64,000 bases of DNA, taken from NCBI GenBank assembly GCA_963707955.1, contig OY970176.1, positions 1,088,001-1,152,000 on the forward strand. Direction: 5' to 3'. Below are positions 20,650-29,283 of the stretch, piece by piece. Source of the stretch: Candidatus Bathyarchaeota archaeon (GTDB taxonomy: Archaea; Thermoproteota; Bathyarchaeia; Bathyarchaeales; Bathycorpusculaceae). Numbering within the stretch: position 1 is the stretch's first letter; each line of letters opens with the position of its first letter. The position numbers and the translations under genes were made by a program. Below the pieces are notes generated by a model, which was not told the origin of the DNA, did not search any database, and saw only the letters and a list, made by a program, of their open reading frames with translations.

Positions 20650-21732
20650 TTAAGTGATTTGTGAGGTTAGTAAGAGGGTTCGAAGCATTGGATCTCTGAC
20701 TGTGTACACGCCTTCCTCTTCGTCTATTAGCATTGCTGCCTTCAGATTTTCCAAGGCATTCTGCACTGTCGCATCATTTGTCACAGAATTTCTCCTTGTT
20801 TCTATTGCTGTCTTTATCTCTTTCCAACGGGCAGAAGTAGCTGCGACTTTGAGTGCTGCCAGATAGGTTGTTCTGTCCCTTCCTTGGAGAAAGTGTTCCA
20901 ATTCGTCTTTTGTTATTTTTATTCCTTCAGAGATGGTTTCTTCCATGGCTTTTTTGTGGGGCAGTTTATGGACTGCAACGTTGTTTCCATATAGGGTTAG
21001 CCAGCCTGGAATGCCGTCGAGTTTTTCGACAGCCTCCTCTATCTGCTCTTCTGAAGTGGCTTCGGGGCATTCTTGGAATCCTTTCTTTAGAAATTCGCTA
21101 GATTTCTTTTTTGTGAAGGGCTCAACGTAGAGCTTTGCTGGTGATCTTCCATACATTGGAGATGTGGATTCAGGTTCGAGTAGCGTTTTCATTAGTCCGA
21201 ACATGGACCCGGTGAGGATGAATACTACGTTTGGGTAGGTGTTGAAGATGTTGGCCAATAGTCTAAGGAGATGGCCAGAGATTGCCGACAATTCTTGGAC
21301 CTCGTCAAGCTCAATGACACAGTCTCCAGCTTGCTTTCCTATGGCACCTAACAGGTCCCACATAGTAGTCATAGGCCTTTTTGAGAGAGAGATAGAGACG
21401 CCTCCAGGCCCAAAGGATACTCCTTCGGTTCTGTCTGCTATGCCCTTGATTTTTTGCAGTACACTGTTCTCTTTGTTTAGACCTAGTGCCAAAGCGTTCA
21501 GCAGACCGTGAGTCCCTCTTGCCCCCCATAGGTTCACGTATATCGCCTTCACGCCCATTTTCTCCAGTTTCACGTTTGCTGCTTTGATTAGGCTGGTCTT
21601 GCCAACCATTCTCTGACCTAGTATGGCGATCCATCGTCTCGCTTTGACCAGGTGGACGAGGTCATCTAATTCCTTCTCACGTCCGAAAAGTTCTTTGGGA
21701 AATTCCTTTGGGTTGAGGTTGAATAATGACAA
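20650..21732 (-). CDS. archaeal AAA+/STAND-like ATPase with C-terminal wHTH
   Basis: LFGREKEL, Walker A GQRMVGKTS, Walker B LDEVQ, TGS, GIPGWL, DPM. Confidence 0.9.
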   Translation of the reverse strand: MSLFNLNPKEFPKELFGREKELDDLVHLVKARRWIAILGQRMVGKTSLIKAANVKLEKMGVKAIYVNLWGARGTHGLLNALALGLNKENSVLQKIKGIADRTEGVSFGPGGVSISLSKRPMTTMWDLLGAIGKQAGDCVIELDEVQELSAISGHLLRLLANIFNTYPNVVFILTGSMFGLMKTLLEPESTSPMYGRSPAKLYVEPFTKKKSSEFLKKGFQECPEATSEEQIEEAVEKLDGIPGWLTLYGNNVAVHKLPHKKAMEETISEGIKITKDELEHFLQGRDRTTYLAALKVAATSARWKEIKTAIETRRNSVTNDATVQNALENLKAAMLIDEEEGVYTVRDPMLRTLLLTSQIT

Positions 21733-21738
21733 ACTTAA

Positions 21739-21760
21739 CCCCCTTAAGTACTTAGGGGGG
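21739..21760. promoter_or_regulatory. extended palindrome CCCCCTTAAGTACTTAGGGGGG, copy 2 (5' of ATPase gene)
   Basis: near-perfect 22-bp inverted repeat 6 bp upstream of the start codon. Confidence 0.65.
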
Positions 21761-22088
21761 TCCTCACGAGTCTTAAATCTATCGGCAAACAGAACGCGCG
21801 CTCTACACTCGTTGCAGGCGTTTGAGTTTCGTGTGTGCTAAACATAACATGCCCACAATAATGTGGATAGTACCGGTGTGACCTCAGCATAAGTGGAGAT
21901 GTCTCCTGCAACTCGTTTGAGCTTTTTGATATCACAGATGGAGTGCACTTATACCGAAAACGGAAATAGCATCGCAAAGATTAAGGTGTAATGTCCTATA
22001 ATAAGTCATAAATCGTAATATAGGTTAAATCTTTTAAGGATGTACGGTATAATAGAAAGCAGAAAAATGGGATAAGCAGGTAATAATT

Positions 22089-22424
22089 ATGAAAACTGAC
22101 CGAGAAACGGAGAAGGCTAAGCACATACTGACTGACTCTAAGTTGGCACCGATTAAGGCTATGTTGGAGAAGGACCATGCCATAGACTGTATCCTACTGC
22201 TCCACATAAACCGTGGAAAATGGAAGGAAGCGAAGGAATTCATGCGTGAAAACAAGCTGACCTTGAGTGATGGAACTTTCAGAGCTAGGATGATCGAGAT
22301 TGAACAGTTGGGGTTGGCGAAGAGCGAAAGGATAGACCCGTTGAAGAAGTACTATTTGAAGACAGAGTTGGGCGAGAAAGTTGCGAAGCTTTTGCTCGGG
22401 TTCTTCGACGAACTAGAGCCTTAA
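22089..22424 (+). CDS. winged-helix (HxlR/MarR-like) DNA-binding protein
   Basis: SDGTFRARM.E.EQLGL...YY.KTELG.KVA wHTH pattern. Confidence 0.7.
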   Translation: MKTDRETEKAKHILTDSKLAPIKAMLEKDHAIDCILLLHINRGKWKEAKEFMRENKLTLSDGTFRARMIEIEQLGLAKSERIDPLKKYYLKTELGEKVAKLLLGFFDELEP

Positions 22425-22617
22425 GCCAAGAAGCTTCGCTGCTCGTCGCTGGTGCCTAGTTCTTTCTTCACGTTTTTTCACTTGTTACGCTTGATACGCT
22501 AACGGATGCTTCATAGTAGGTGTATTCGTGTTTTGCAGACAGAAAATATGATGTAGTGAGTCGTAAGATTTAAAAGCTTCACTTCCCCTAGCATACTTAC
22601 AAGTCCCAAAAGGAGGG

Positions 22618-23052
22618 ATGAAAAGAAAAATGAGAACAAAGAGCAGAAAAGCCCTAAGCCCCGTAATAGCCTCAATCATACTCATCGCAGTCACAGTCGC
22701 AGTAAGCATAGCCGTCGCAGCATGGATGGGAGCCCTAACATTCGGCTTCATGGGGTCCTCATCGCTAACGATCACCGATGTAAATTTCGACAGTACTGCA
22801 CCGACGCGCAACATGACCCTAACGATTAAGAACACTGGAACAAAGCAGGTGACTATAGCACAAGTGAAAATCAATAACGTCAATATCCCCGTTGCAAACT
22901 GGACTATAGCCGGCCCGATCAATCCTAGTACAACCTCACCTCTGATAGTCAGCTATTATGCTTGGACAAACGGGAATCCATACAAGATTGACCTGTACGA
23001 TTCCAGCGGTACCGGAGTGGGCTCTACTCAGCAGAACGCGCCAGGAGCATAG
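22618..23052 (+). CDS. archaeal type IV pilin / archaellin-like protein
   Basis: class III signal peptide RKA|LSPVIASIILIAVTVAVSIAV; IKNTG beta-sandwich. Confidence 0.92.
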   Translation: MKRKMRTKSRKALSPVIASIILIAVTVAVSIAVAAWMGALTFGFMGSSSLTITDVNFDSTAPTRNMTLTIKNTGTKQVTIAQVKINNVNIPVANWTIAGPINPSTTSPLIVSYYAWTNGNPYKIDLYDSSGTGVGSTQQNAPGA

Positions 23053-23138
23053 TTTCCCCTTGCTTTGTTGAGAACCGGGGGTAGGGTGAGAATGAAGTTC
23101 CCCAGTTTCCCTTTGTTTCATACGTGGAGGTGTAGTGA

Positions 23139-23564
23139 ATGACAGTTGAAATAAAAGAGTATGGTTCAGCAGTAGAGATTGCAGAAACACTGGAAAAGGA
23201 AATATCTGAAACCAAGAGCACGTTAGGCGAATACCTACGTCGACTAGACGACATCAGAGCCTTGGCTGAAAAATCAAAGAAGATCCATGAAGTGGTCATG
23301 AAGCTCGCAGGAAAGAAAGCCGCGTCAGAGAGCCTCGGTGAAATCTCGATCGGCTCCTTAAACCTTGTTCTGGACGCAAACCCGTTCCATGAGTTGACAG
23401 CGATTGAACAGGTTGTGCGCAGCCACCAGGAAAGGCTTTTGGTCCTTCAGAAGGCTCGTGAAGCACTGAAGTGGTTGGACCAGCTCGGAGACACTGAAGG
23501 CCTCAAGTATCTCGTAGTGGAAAACGACGGCGTTCCTGAACGAATACTCTTCAGAATCTCCTAA
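23139..23564 (+). CDS. conserved hypothetical coiled-coil protein (helix-hairpin-helix)
   Basis: GGAGGTG SD; two amphipathic helices split by a beta-hairpin, C-terminal DGVPERI strand. Confidence 0.75.
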   Translation: MTVEIKEYGSAVEIAETLEKEISETKSTLGEYLRRLDDIRALAEKSKKIHEVVMKLAGKKAASESLGEISIGSLNLVLDANPFHELTAIEQVVRSHQERLLVLQKAREALKWLDQLGDTEGLKYLVVENDGVPERILFRIS

Positions 23565-23586
23565 ACAGAAATGGCGAAGTGAAACA

Positions 23587-24384
23587 ATGGATAATGAAGT
23601 CTACGCGTTTGCCTTAAAGAACACTCTGGATGAGATACAGAAGATCTGCCCCGACATCAAGAACGCCTTCGTGCTCACGAAAAACCGTGAACTCCTAGCA
23701 AGAGACGAGGACACGCCTGAAGAAACGATCACTCGCGCTGTAAACGCATTCGAAGAGATGCTGGAGAAAGCTCAGGCCATAGGCGGCGTTGAAAACGTGA
23801 CGATCGAGGGCATTAACGGTAGGCTGAACATTTCTCAACTGGACGAGATTTACCTTGTCACGGTCACTTCGAAGCAGGCAGACTTGGACTACGTGAACAC
23901 GGTGACCCACGTTATTGTCCCAACGGTTCTAAGGCTACTTGAAAAATTCAGCCCTGCCCCCCTCAAGCGAAACCCGCCTACGCCCGACATAGAACCCGAA
24001 GAACCAGCTGTTGAGCGCGTTGAAGAGCCTCAGACGGACAAGCATGAAGAGCAATTGGAGCCTAAGGAAAAATCGGAGACGATTCTACCAGAAACACCGG
24101 TCAACCAGCTCATAGTGGAAGACCTGAAAGGCTTTCGTGCACCATCAGACACGGTCCGCGTAGACAGCAACATAATACAGGAATGGAACGACCTCTACGA
24201 GGACAGGACCATAGAGGAAGCAGACGTCGAAAGCTTCGGCGGAAAATCAACACGGTGCAAGATCAAACCCATAAAAGAATCGAAGCTTGACGGACAGGGA
24301 AAGATACAGATACCCAGCAAGGTGCAACTCACCCTGGATGTCAAGAAGGGCGAGCTCGTGAGGGTAAAGCCCGCGGTTGAATAA
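23587..24384 (+). CDS. Roadblock/LC7-like domain + acidic Pro linker + putative double-psi beta-barrel domain
   Basis: N-terminal helix-b-b-helix-b-b-b-helix pattern; C-terminal G.IQIP..VQ.TLDVKKGELVRVKP resembles Cdc48-N DPBB. Confidence 0.6.
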   Translation: MDNEVYAFALKNTLDEIQKICPDIKNAFVLTKNRELLARDEDTPEETITRAVNAFEEMLEKAQAIGGVENVTIEGINGRLNISQLDEIYLVTVTSKQADLDYVNTVTHVIVPTVLRLLEKFSPAPLKRNPPTPDIEPEEPAVERVEEPQTDKHEEQLEPKEKSETILPETPVNQLIVEDLKGFRAPSDTVRVDSNIIQEWNDLYEDRTIEEADVESFGGKSTRCKIKPIKESKLDGQGKIQIPSKVQLTLDVKKGELVRVKPAVE

Positions 24385-24400
24385 TGGAGGTTCATGGATC

Positions 24401-24796
24401 ATGGTCAAGAAAAAGAAGGACGAGCTAGAAATCACAACCGTATCAGAGCCGACACTCATAGAGACCACAGACTACGAGAGCAACTTGCGCGCAAACCTCG
24501 AAGAAATCAAGAAATATGACGGTGTTGTAGGCTACATCCTCAGGAACACCACGTCCGCCTCGATTGACCTCAAAGAGCCGGCTAAGATAATAGATTATGC
24601 GATGCTCTCTTCCACAGTGTTTGACGCGACCGAAGAAGTCTCAGACCTTTTCGAGCTGGGCAGCGTTAAAAACATCATCGTCAACGGCAAGAACGTTAAA
24701 ATGCTGTCTCTGACTGTTGAACAAAACAAGATAAGCATCTTCATGGAGAACAACGCAGACACAGAGAAAGTCTTGAAGAAGCTCAAAGCGTCTTAG
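24401..24796 (+). CDS. Roadblock/LC7 domain protein
   Basis: LEEIKKYDGVVGYIL...LFELGSVKNIIVNG..MLSL...ISIFM Roadblock pattern. Confidence 0.8.
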   Translation: MVKKKKDELEITTVSEPTLIETTDYESNLRANLEEIKKYDGVVGYILRNTTSASIDLKEPAKIIDYAMLSSTVFDATEEVSDLFELGSVKNIIVNGKNVKMLSLTVEQNKISIFMENNADTEKVLKKLKAS

Positions 24797-24935
24797 AATT
24801 CAAGCAACCCTATTCTGTTTTTTTCTCGTCTTCTTCACGTAATTCAGTTTTCAGAACGTTTAAATCAACGTACTTGCATTACTATGAATGGGAGAAAGCG
24901 GTCACAAATAGCCTCAGAGAAGGGGGGCTATACCT

Positions 24936-25223
24936 GTGGGTTCATTGGTCGATACCAAGAACGACGGCAGCAGTAGCCATCGAGGAAACCTAGACATAAT
25001 GGCAGATATTCTGGGCGCCTCTGATGGGGGCACCAAGAAAACGTACCTGATGTGCCGTTGCAACTTAAGCTTCAAACAGTTGAAGAACTACTCAAGCTTT
25101 CTAATCGGCAGCGGGCTTCTGCACTTTGCGAAAGAAGAAGCCAACAACGGAACGCTCCAAATCACCGACAAGGGAAAAGAGTTCCTGCGAGCCTACAAGA
25201 ACCTGAAAGCCCTCATGAAGTAG
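24936..25223 (+). CDS. winged-helix transcriptional regulator (HTH_45 type)
   Basis: R..LDIMADIL...KKT.LM..CNLSF.QL..Y...L...GLL...ITDKG.EFL. Confidence 0.85.
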   Translation: MGSLVDTKNDGSSSHRGNLDIMADILGASDGGTKKTYLMCRCNLSFKQLKNYSSFLIGSGLLHFAKEEANNGTLQITDKGKEFLRAYKNLKALMK

Positions 25224-25464
25224 CTGGTTGCAACAAGAAACTTCGCACGGCTTCCTTGATCTTCATCTTGCTCTTCGAATTATCAACTGCTATGAACTCG
25301 TATTCACTCAAGAACTCCGTGATCCGCTTGACCTGATTCTCATTCAGCCCCATCTCTTTCCGCACATCATCTAACGTGTGCCACTCGCCATCGCCTAGTA
25401 TCTCAAGTATCTCAGCAATTCTTCTGGGCGTATGTCTCCCCGCGAACACTACTCTCTGTGACAC
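25213..25464 (-). CDS. small winged-helix protein
   Basis: ILEILGDGEWHTLDDV...L....V..I..FL.EYEFI. Confidence 0.65.
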   Translation of the reverse strand: MSQRVVFAGRHTPRRIAEILEILGDGEWHTLDDVRKEMGLNENQVKRITEFLSEYEFIAVDNSKSKMKIKEAVRSFLLQPATS

Positions 25465-25648
25465 GTTGCTTAAAGCGTTTCTGAAACTGTGTTTCAGAAG
25501 TATTTTCTAGAAAATTGTTTCTAAGAGCTGGCGCTGAAAAACTGCCGATGCTCTGAACCTCGGCTTTTTGGAACTTTTTTTAATGCCCTGAGCATTCAGC
25601 AAAGGCTTTATCAAAAGCAGCCGTAAGGAAGAACGGAGAATACACGAG

Positions 25649-26488
25649 ATGCGAGAACAAGCCGATTGGGCGCACGTTCTCATTCGGTGCAAGAACAACG
25701 TACAGGAAAAGATCAAACCACTCCTAGAAAGAATAGACAGGCCGCAACCCGACTTGGGGATAGGAGCAGGCGGCGACCCTGTTAAAGACATAGACTTGGC
25801 AGCCGAAAGCGCTATTGTGAGCACCCTGAAAAAGCATGAGATTACGTTTACGTTGATCAGCGAAGAATCTGGCATAGTAGAATACGGCGAAAGCCCTCAG
25901 CGATGCTACGTTACAGCTGACCCGATAGACGGCACGACCAACCTCATCAGAGGCGCGCCCTTCTACGCGACGTCGATCGCGGTGTCGACGGAGCCGACTT
26001 TAACCAAGGTGCACACAGCCCTCGTGACAGACTTGTTTCACGGCACAACCTACACTGCGCAGAAGGGATGCGGAGCCTACAAAGATGACCGAAGAATAAG
26101 ACCTTCCACAAGCACTTCGATGGAAGAGGCAGTCATAGGCATCGACTTGAACAGTTACAGGATTCAGAAGATCGCTCCGAGACTCACGAAACTGATAGGA
26201 AAAACAAAGCATGTGCGACACTTCGGAGCCAACGCACTCGAACTGTGCTATGTGGCAGACGGCACGACGGATGCTTTCATCGACATCCGCGGAAAACTCC
26301 GCGCAACAGACATGGCAGCCGCGTGGCTAATCATAAGAGAAGCAGGAGCCATAATAACGACGCCACAAGGAAAACCGTTACACGCCAAGCTTGACCCCAA
26401 ACAGAAGGTGGAGTTTATAGCAGCTGCGAACTCGGAAATGCACAGGAGAATAATTAGCCTGACAAAACCCGAAAAGGAAAAAACATGA
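25649..26488 (+). CDS. suhB: inositol monophosphatase / fructose-1,6-bisphosphatase family
   Basis: SEESG, DPIDGTTN, D.AAA.LI..EAG. Confidence 0.9.
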   Translation: MREQADWAHVLIRCKNNVQEKIKPLLERIDRPQPDLGIGAGGDPVKDIDLAAESAIVSTLKKHEITFTLISEESGIVEYGESPQRCYVTADPIDGTTNLIRGAPFYATSIAVSTEPTLTKVHTALVTDLFHGTTYTAQKGCGAYKDDRRIRPSTSTSMEEAVIGIDLNSYRIQKIAPRLTKLIGKTKHVRHFGANALELCYVADGTTDAFIDIRGKLRATDMAAAWLIIREAGAIITTPQGKPLHAKLDPKQKVEFIAAANSEMHRRIISLTKPEKEKT

Positions 26489-27330
26489 TAGTCCCGCTTC
26501 CACCGTATGCAGCCGCACTTGTCAAAACGCATGGTGCGAGGACAATAGCGATAGCTGACCTTCACATAGGTTGGGAAATGGCTCTTTCAAACAAAGGCAT
26601 ACACGTTCCAACACAGACGCCGAAGCTGCTGAAGAAACTCGAAGAACTACTGTCCGCCTACAAACCGGATAGACTGCTTGTCCTAGGAGACGTCAAACAC
26701 ACGGTGGCGAGGGCTGAAAAAATCGAGTGGCAGGACGTGCCAGACTTCTTCAACGAGTTAAGAAAGCACGTAGAGGAAATATGTGTTGTCCGCGGCAACC
26801 ACGACGGAAACCTGGAACCCTTACTCCCTGAAAACGTCAAGATGCTACCTGCCACCGGTTCAGCGATGGATGATGTTGGCTTCTTCCACGGACACCAGTG
26901 GCCCTCACCAGACCTTCTTAAATGTAGAACTCTAGTCATGGGCCACGTTCATCCAGTTGTGGCTTTTCGGGATCCTGCAGGGTTCAGAGTGACGAGGCAG
27001 GTCTGGGTGAAAGCGCGCTGCAACACAGCCCAGCTTACCGAAGTCCTGCTACGCAAACGGAAGATCAAGATTAAAGAGAACCCTGAGAAAACGTTGCACG
27101 AATACTACAAGATCAAACCGAAAGCCTCGCAGCTTTTCATAATGCCGTCTTTCAACGACTTCCTAGGAGGCAGACCGCTTAACGAAAGAAAACGACTTGG
27201 AAAGAATGATGCTAAGATGGTTGTAGGACCCGTTCTCAGGTCGGAAGCGGTCGACATGAAAAACGCGGAAACGTATCTCCTCGACGGAACCTTCCTTGGG
27301 ACGCTTGAACAACTGAAAGCGTTGAGCTAG
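26485..27330 (+). CDS. ICC-like metallophosphoesterase
   Basis: ADLHIG, GDVKH, GNHD, HGH, GHVHP, MPSFN. Confidence 0.9.
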   Translation: MIVPLPPYAAALVKTHGARTIAIADLHIGWEMALSNKGIHVPTQTPKLLKKLEELLSAYKPDRLLVLGDVKHTVARAEKIEWQDVPDFFNELRKHVEEICVVRGNHDGNLEPLLPENVKMLPATGSAMDDVGFFHGHQWPSPDLLKCRTLVMGHVHPVVAFRDPAGFRVTRQVWVKARCNTAQLTEVLLRKRKIKIKENPEKTLHEYYKIKPKASQLFIMPSFNDFLGGRPLNERKRLGKNDAKMVVGPVLRSEAVDMKNAETYLLDGTFLGTLEQLKALS

Positions 27331-27389
27331 AGAAAAGCGTGCATAAGACTTATAGAGAAAGGCATTCTTCACACTAACTCGGTGATGGA

Positions 27390-27989
27390 ATGTCATCAGA
27401 AGACGATTTCCCAGAATGGCTCAGAAGGAAACGTTCTCCATTCTTCAGAAACTGGGGTTTTGACGACATTGACAAGATGTTCGAAGAGATGGAGAAAATG
27501 ATGGAACAAGAATTCAAGACATTCTCTTCAAGAATCCCAAAAGACTACGTCAGAGAACGCAAGCTTCCAGACGGCTCTACTGCGCGTGAACTGGGACCTT
27601 TCGTCTATGGCTACAGCGTAAAGATAGGTCCAGACGGAAAACCTGAGGTCCACGAGTTTGGAAACGTCAAGCCAATGAGGCATGGGCTCCCCCAAGTGCA
27701 GGAAGAACGCGAGCCGCTGGTGGACATAGTTGAGACAAACGGTGAAGTTCACGTTGTGGCAGAACTGCCAGGCGTTGATAAGAAGGACATCAAACTCAGC
27801 GGAACAGAAGACTCGTTGACCATAGCAGTCGACGCTCCGGAACACAAGTATTACAAGGAGGTCAAGTTGCCAGTGAAGATAAGGGTAAGAGAAGCAAAAA
27901 CAGGGTACAAGAACGGCGTGTTGGAGGTCACGTTTTCCAAACTCACGGACGAAAGACCTTCCAAAGGTGAACCAATACACGTAGACTGA
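27390..27989 (+). CDS. hsp20: small heat shock protein Hsp20
   Basis: GPFVYG, REPLVD, AELPGV.K.DI, YKNGVLEV. Confidence 0.95.
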   Translation: MSSEDDFPEWLRRKRSPFFRNWGFDDIDKMFEEMEKMMEQEFKTFSSRIPKDYVRERKLPDGSTARELGPFVYGYSVKIGPDGKPEVHEFGNVKPMRHGLPQVQEEREPLVDIVETNGEVHVVAELPGVDKKDIKLSGTEDSLTIAVDAPEHKYYKEVKLPVKIRVREAKTGYKNGVLEVTFSKLTDERPSKGEPIHVD

Positions 27990-28040
27990 TTCTTTCACAC
28001 TTTTCAGCTTACTCAGAACCACCTAGGTAGCTCACCTCGC

Positions 28041-28451
28041 ATGGATGAAAAATCAGAAACCGACACACTCAACAGCGTCTGCAAGAAAGCAAAAACAGAA
28101 GGCAAGCTGACCGGTAAGAACCTGACGAATCTCTACGAGATTTTTGGTCAAAGGTTCACGAGAGCCTTCGAAGCCTTGAAAGAAAACAGAGTAAAAAAGT
28201 ACGTTTTCAAACCCAGCGGCAAAACAGTCTGGATCGTGGTGGGAAGGGAGCGCGACTACCTCATAATGCCTGAAGCTGAGTTCTGCACATGCGACGACTT
28301 CTACTTCCGCGTGTTAGACAGAGAAGTGCACCTGTGTTATCATCTCATCGCACAGAAGCTTGCCAAAAATCTAGACTGGTACGAGGCCATAGACGAACAT
28401 GACGAGCTGTACGAATCACTGATGAACGAATGGAAAAAAGCTACTGCTTAA
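28041..28451 (+). CDS. SWIM zinc-finger protein
   Basis: FCTCDDF...CYHLIA SWIM motif. Confidence 0.88.
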   Translation: MDEKSETDTLNSVCKKAKTEGKLTGKNLTNLYEIFGQRFTRAFEALKENRVKKYVFKPSGKTVWIVVGRERDYLIMPEAEFCTCDDFYFRVLDREVHLCYHLIAQKLAKNLDWYEAIDEHDELYESLMNEWKKATA

Positions 28452-28581
28452 ATACTTAAACTCAAATAGATTCGCGAAAGGAGAACGTCTCCATGGACAT
28501 AGGATCATACTTTCAACTAATCATTTATACGCTCATGATGGCGACGTTCATTGTCATCGTTCTAGTATTTTTAGAGATATT

Positions 28582-28920
28582 CTACGGCAAAGAAGAGAAG
28601 CAAGAATAAACGGCCTCTTTATTCATCCTCTTGCGGGTCAAGAGAAACACAATGATACTTAATGCTGCAAGCACTATTGCGAACAAGATCAGCCAAGCTG
28701 CTTGTGGACCCGCCCCGAAAACTATGGGGATCGGCCCGATAAATATGACTCCACCATAGCTTGCTGAGCCGCCTGAATCAAGCGTTGCAACTGCGAGAAT
28801 TACGATGCCTAGAAGAACGATGAAAAGGCCCAACATGAACAACAATAAGACTCTTGACACTCTTGTCGACTTGTTGCTCACGTGAAACATGACTCTTTCT
28901 GTGACCAGCATGAGTCCCAA
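28582..28920 (-). CDS. DUF131 (TIGR00304) membrane protein
   Basis: GGVIFIGPIPIVFG between two TM helices; true start probably downstream of ORF start. Confidence 0.85.
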   Translation of the reverse strand: MGLMLVTERVMFHVSNKSTRVSRVLLLFMLGLFIVLLGIVILAVATLDSGGSASYGGVIFIGPIPIVFGAGPQAAWLILFAIVLAALSIIVFLLTRKRMNKEAVYSCFSSLP

Positions 28921-28921
28921 C

Positions 28922-29197
28922 TCATCCGGACATGAAGTGGATCACAACTGTCAATACTATGAGAAGCACCGTCAACGCTATGGCCAGCAGCAAAACCGTT
29001 CTAAGCGACTCTTTGTCGGTGCCGAAGACTATTGGTACCGGGCCTATTATTATTGCGCCGCCTCCCCTAGCCTTTCCTTTCCCCTTAACATTCGAGAAAA
29101 ACATGAGAAGAGTGGCAATCACCATTATTATCACTCCGACAAGTATCAAAGTTGACCCTAAACCGTAAAGTGTCCCCGTATCCATTTGGTGTCGCAA
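28922..29197 (-). CDS. DUF131 (TIGR00304) membrane protein
   Basis: GGGAIIIGPVPIVFG motif. Confidence 0.88.
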   Translation of the reverse strand: MRHQMDTGTLYGLGSTLILVGVIIMVIATLLMFFSNVKGKGKARGGGAIIIGPVPIVFGTDKESLRTVLLLAIALTVLLIVLTVVIHFMSG

Positions 29198-29283
29198 CCC
29201 CTTACACGTTGAAAATCGTCAATGGCTTTTAATAAGTCTTTTAGCATCAGTTGTCTGTCAGCCTGAGCTATGCTGGAACTGAA

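Noticed and set aside
21744-22255. Short minus-strand ORFs between the ATPase and wHTH genes
   Set aside because: AT-rich promoter-like DNA; translations lack recognisable features.
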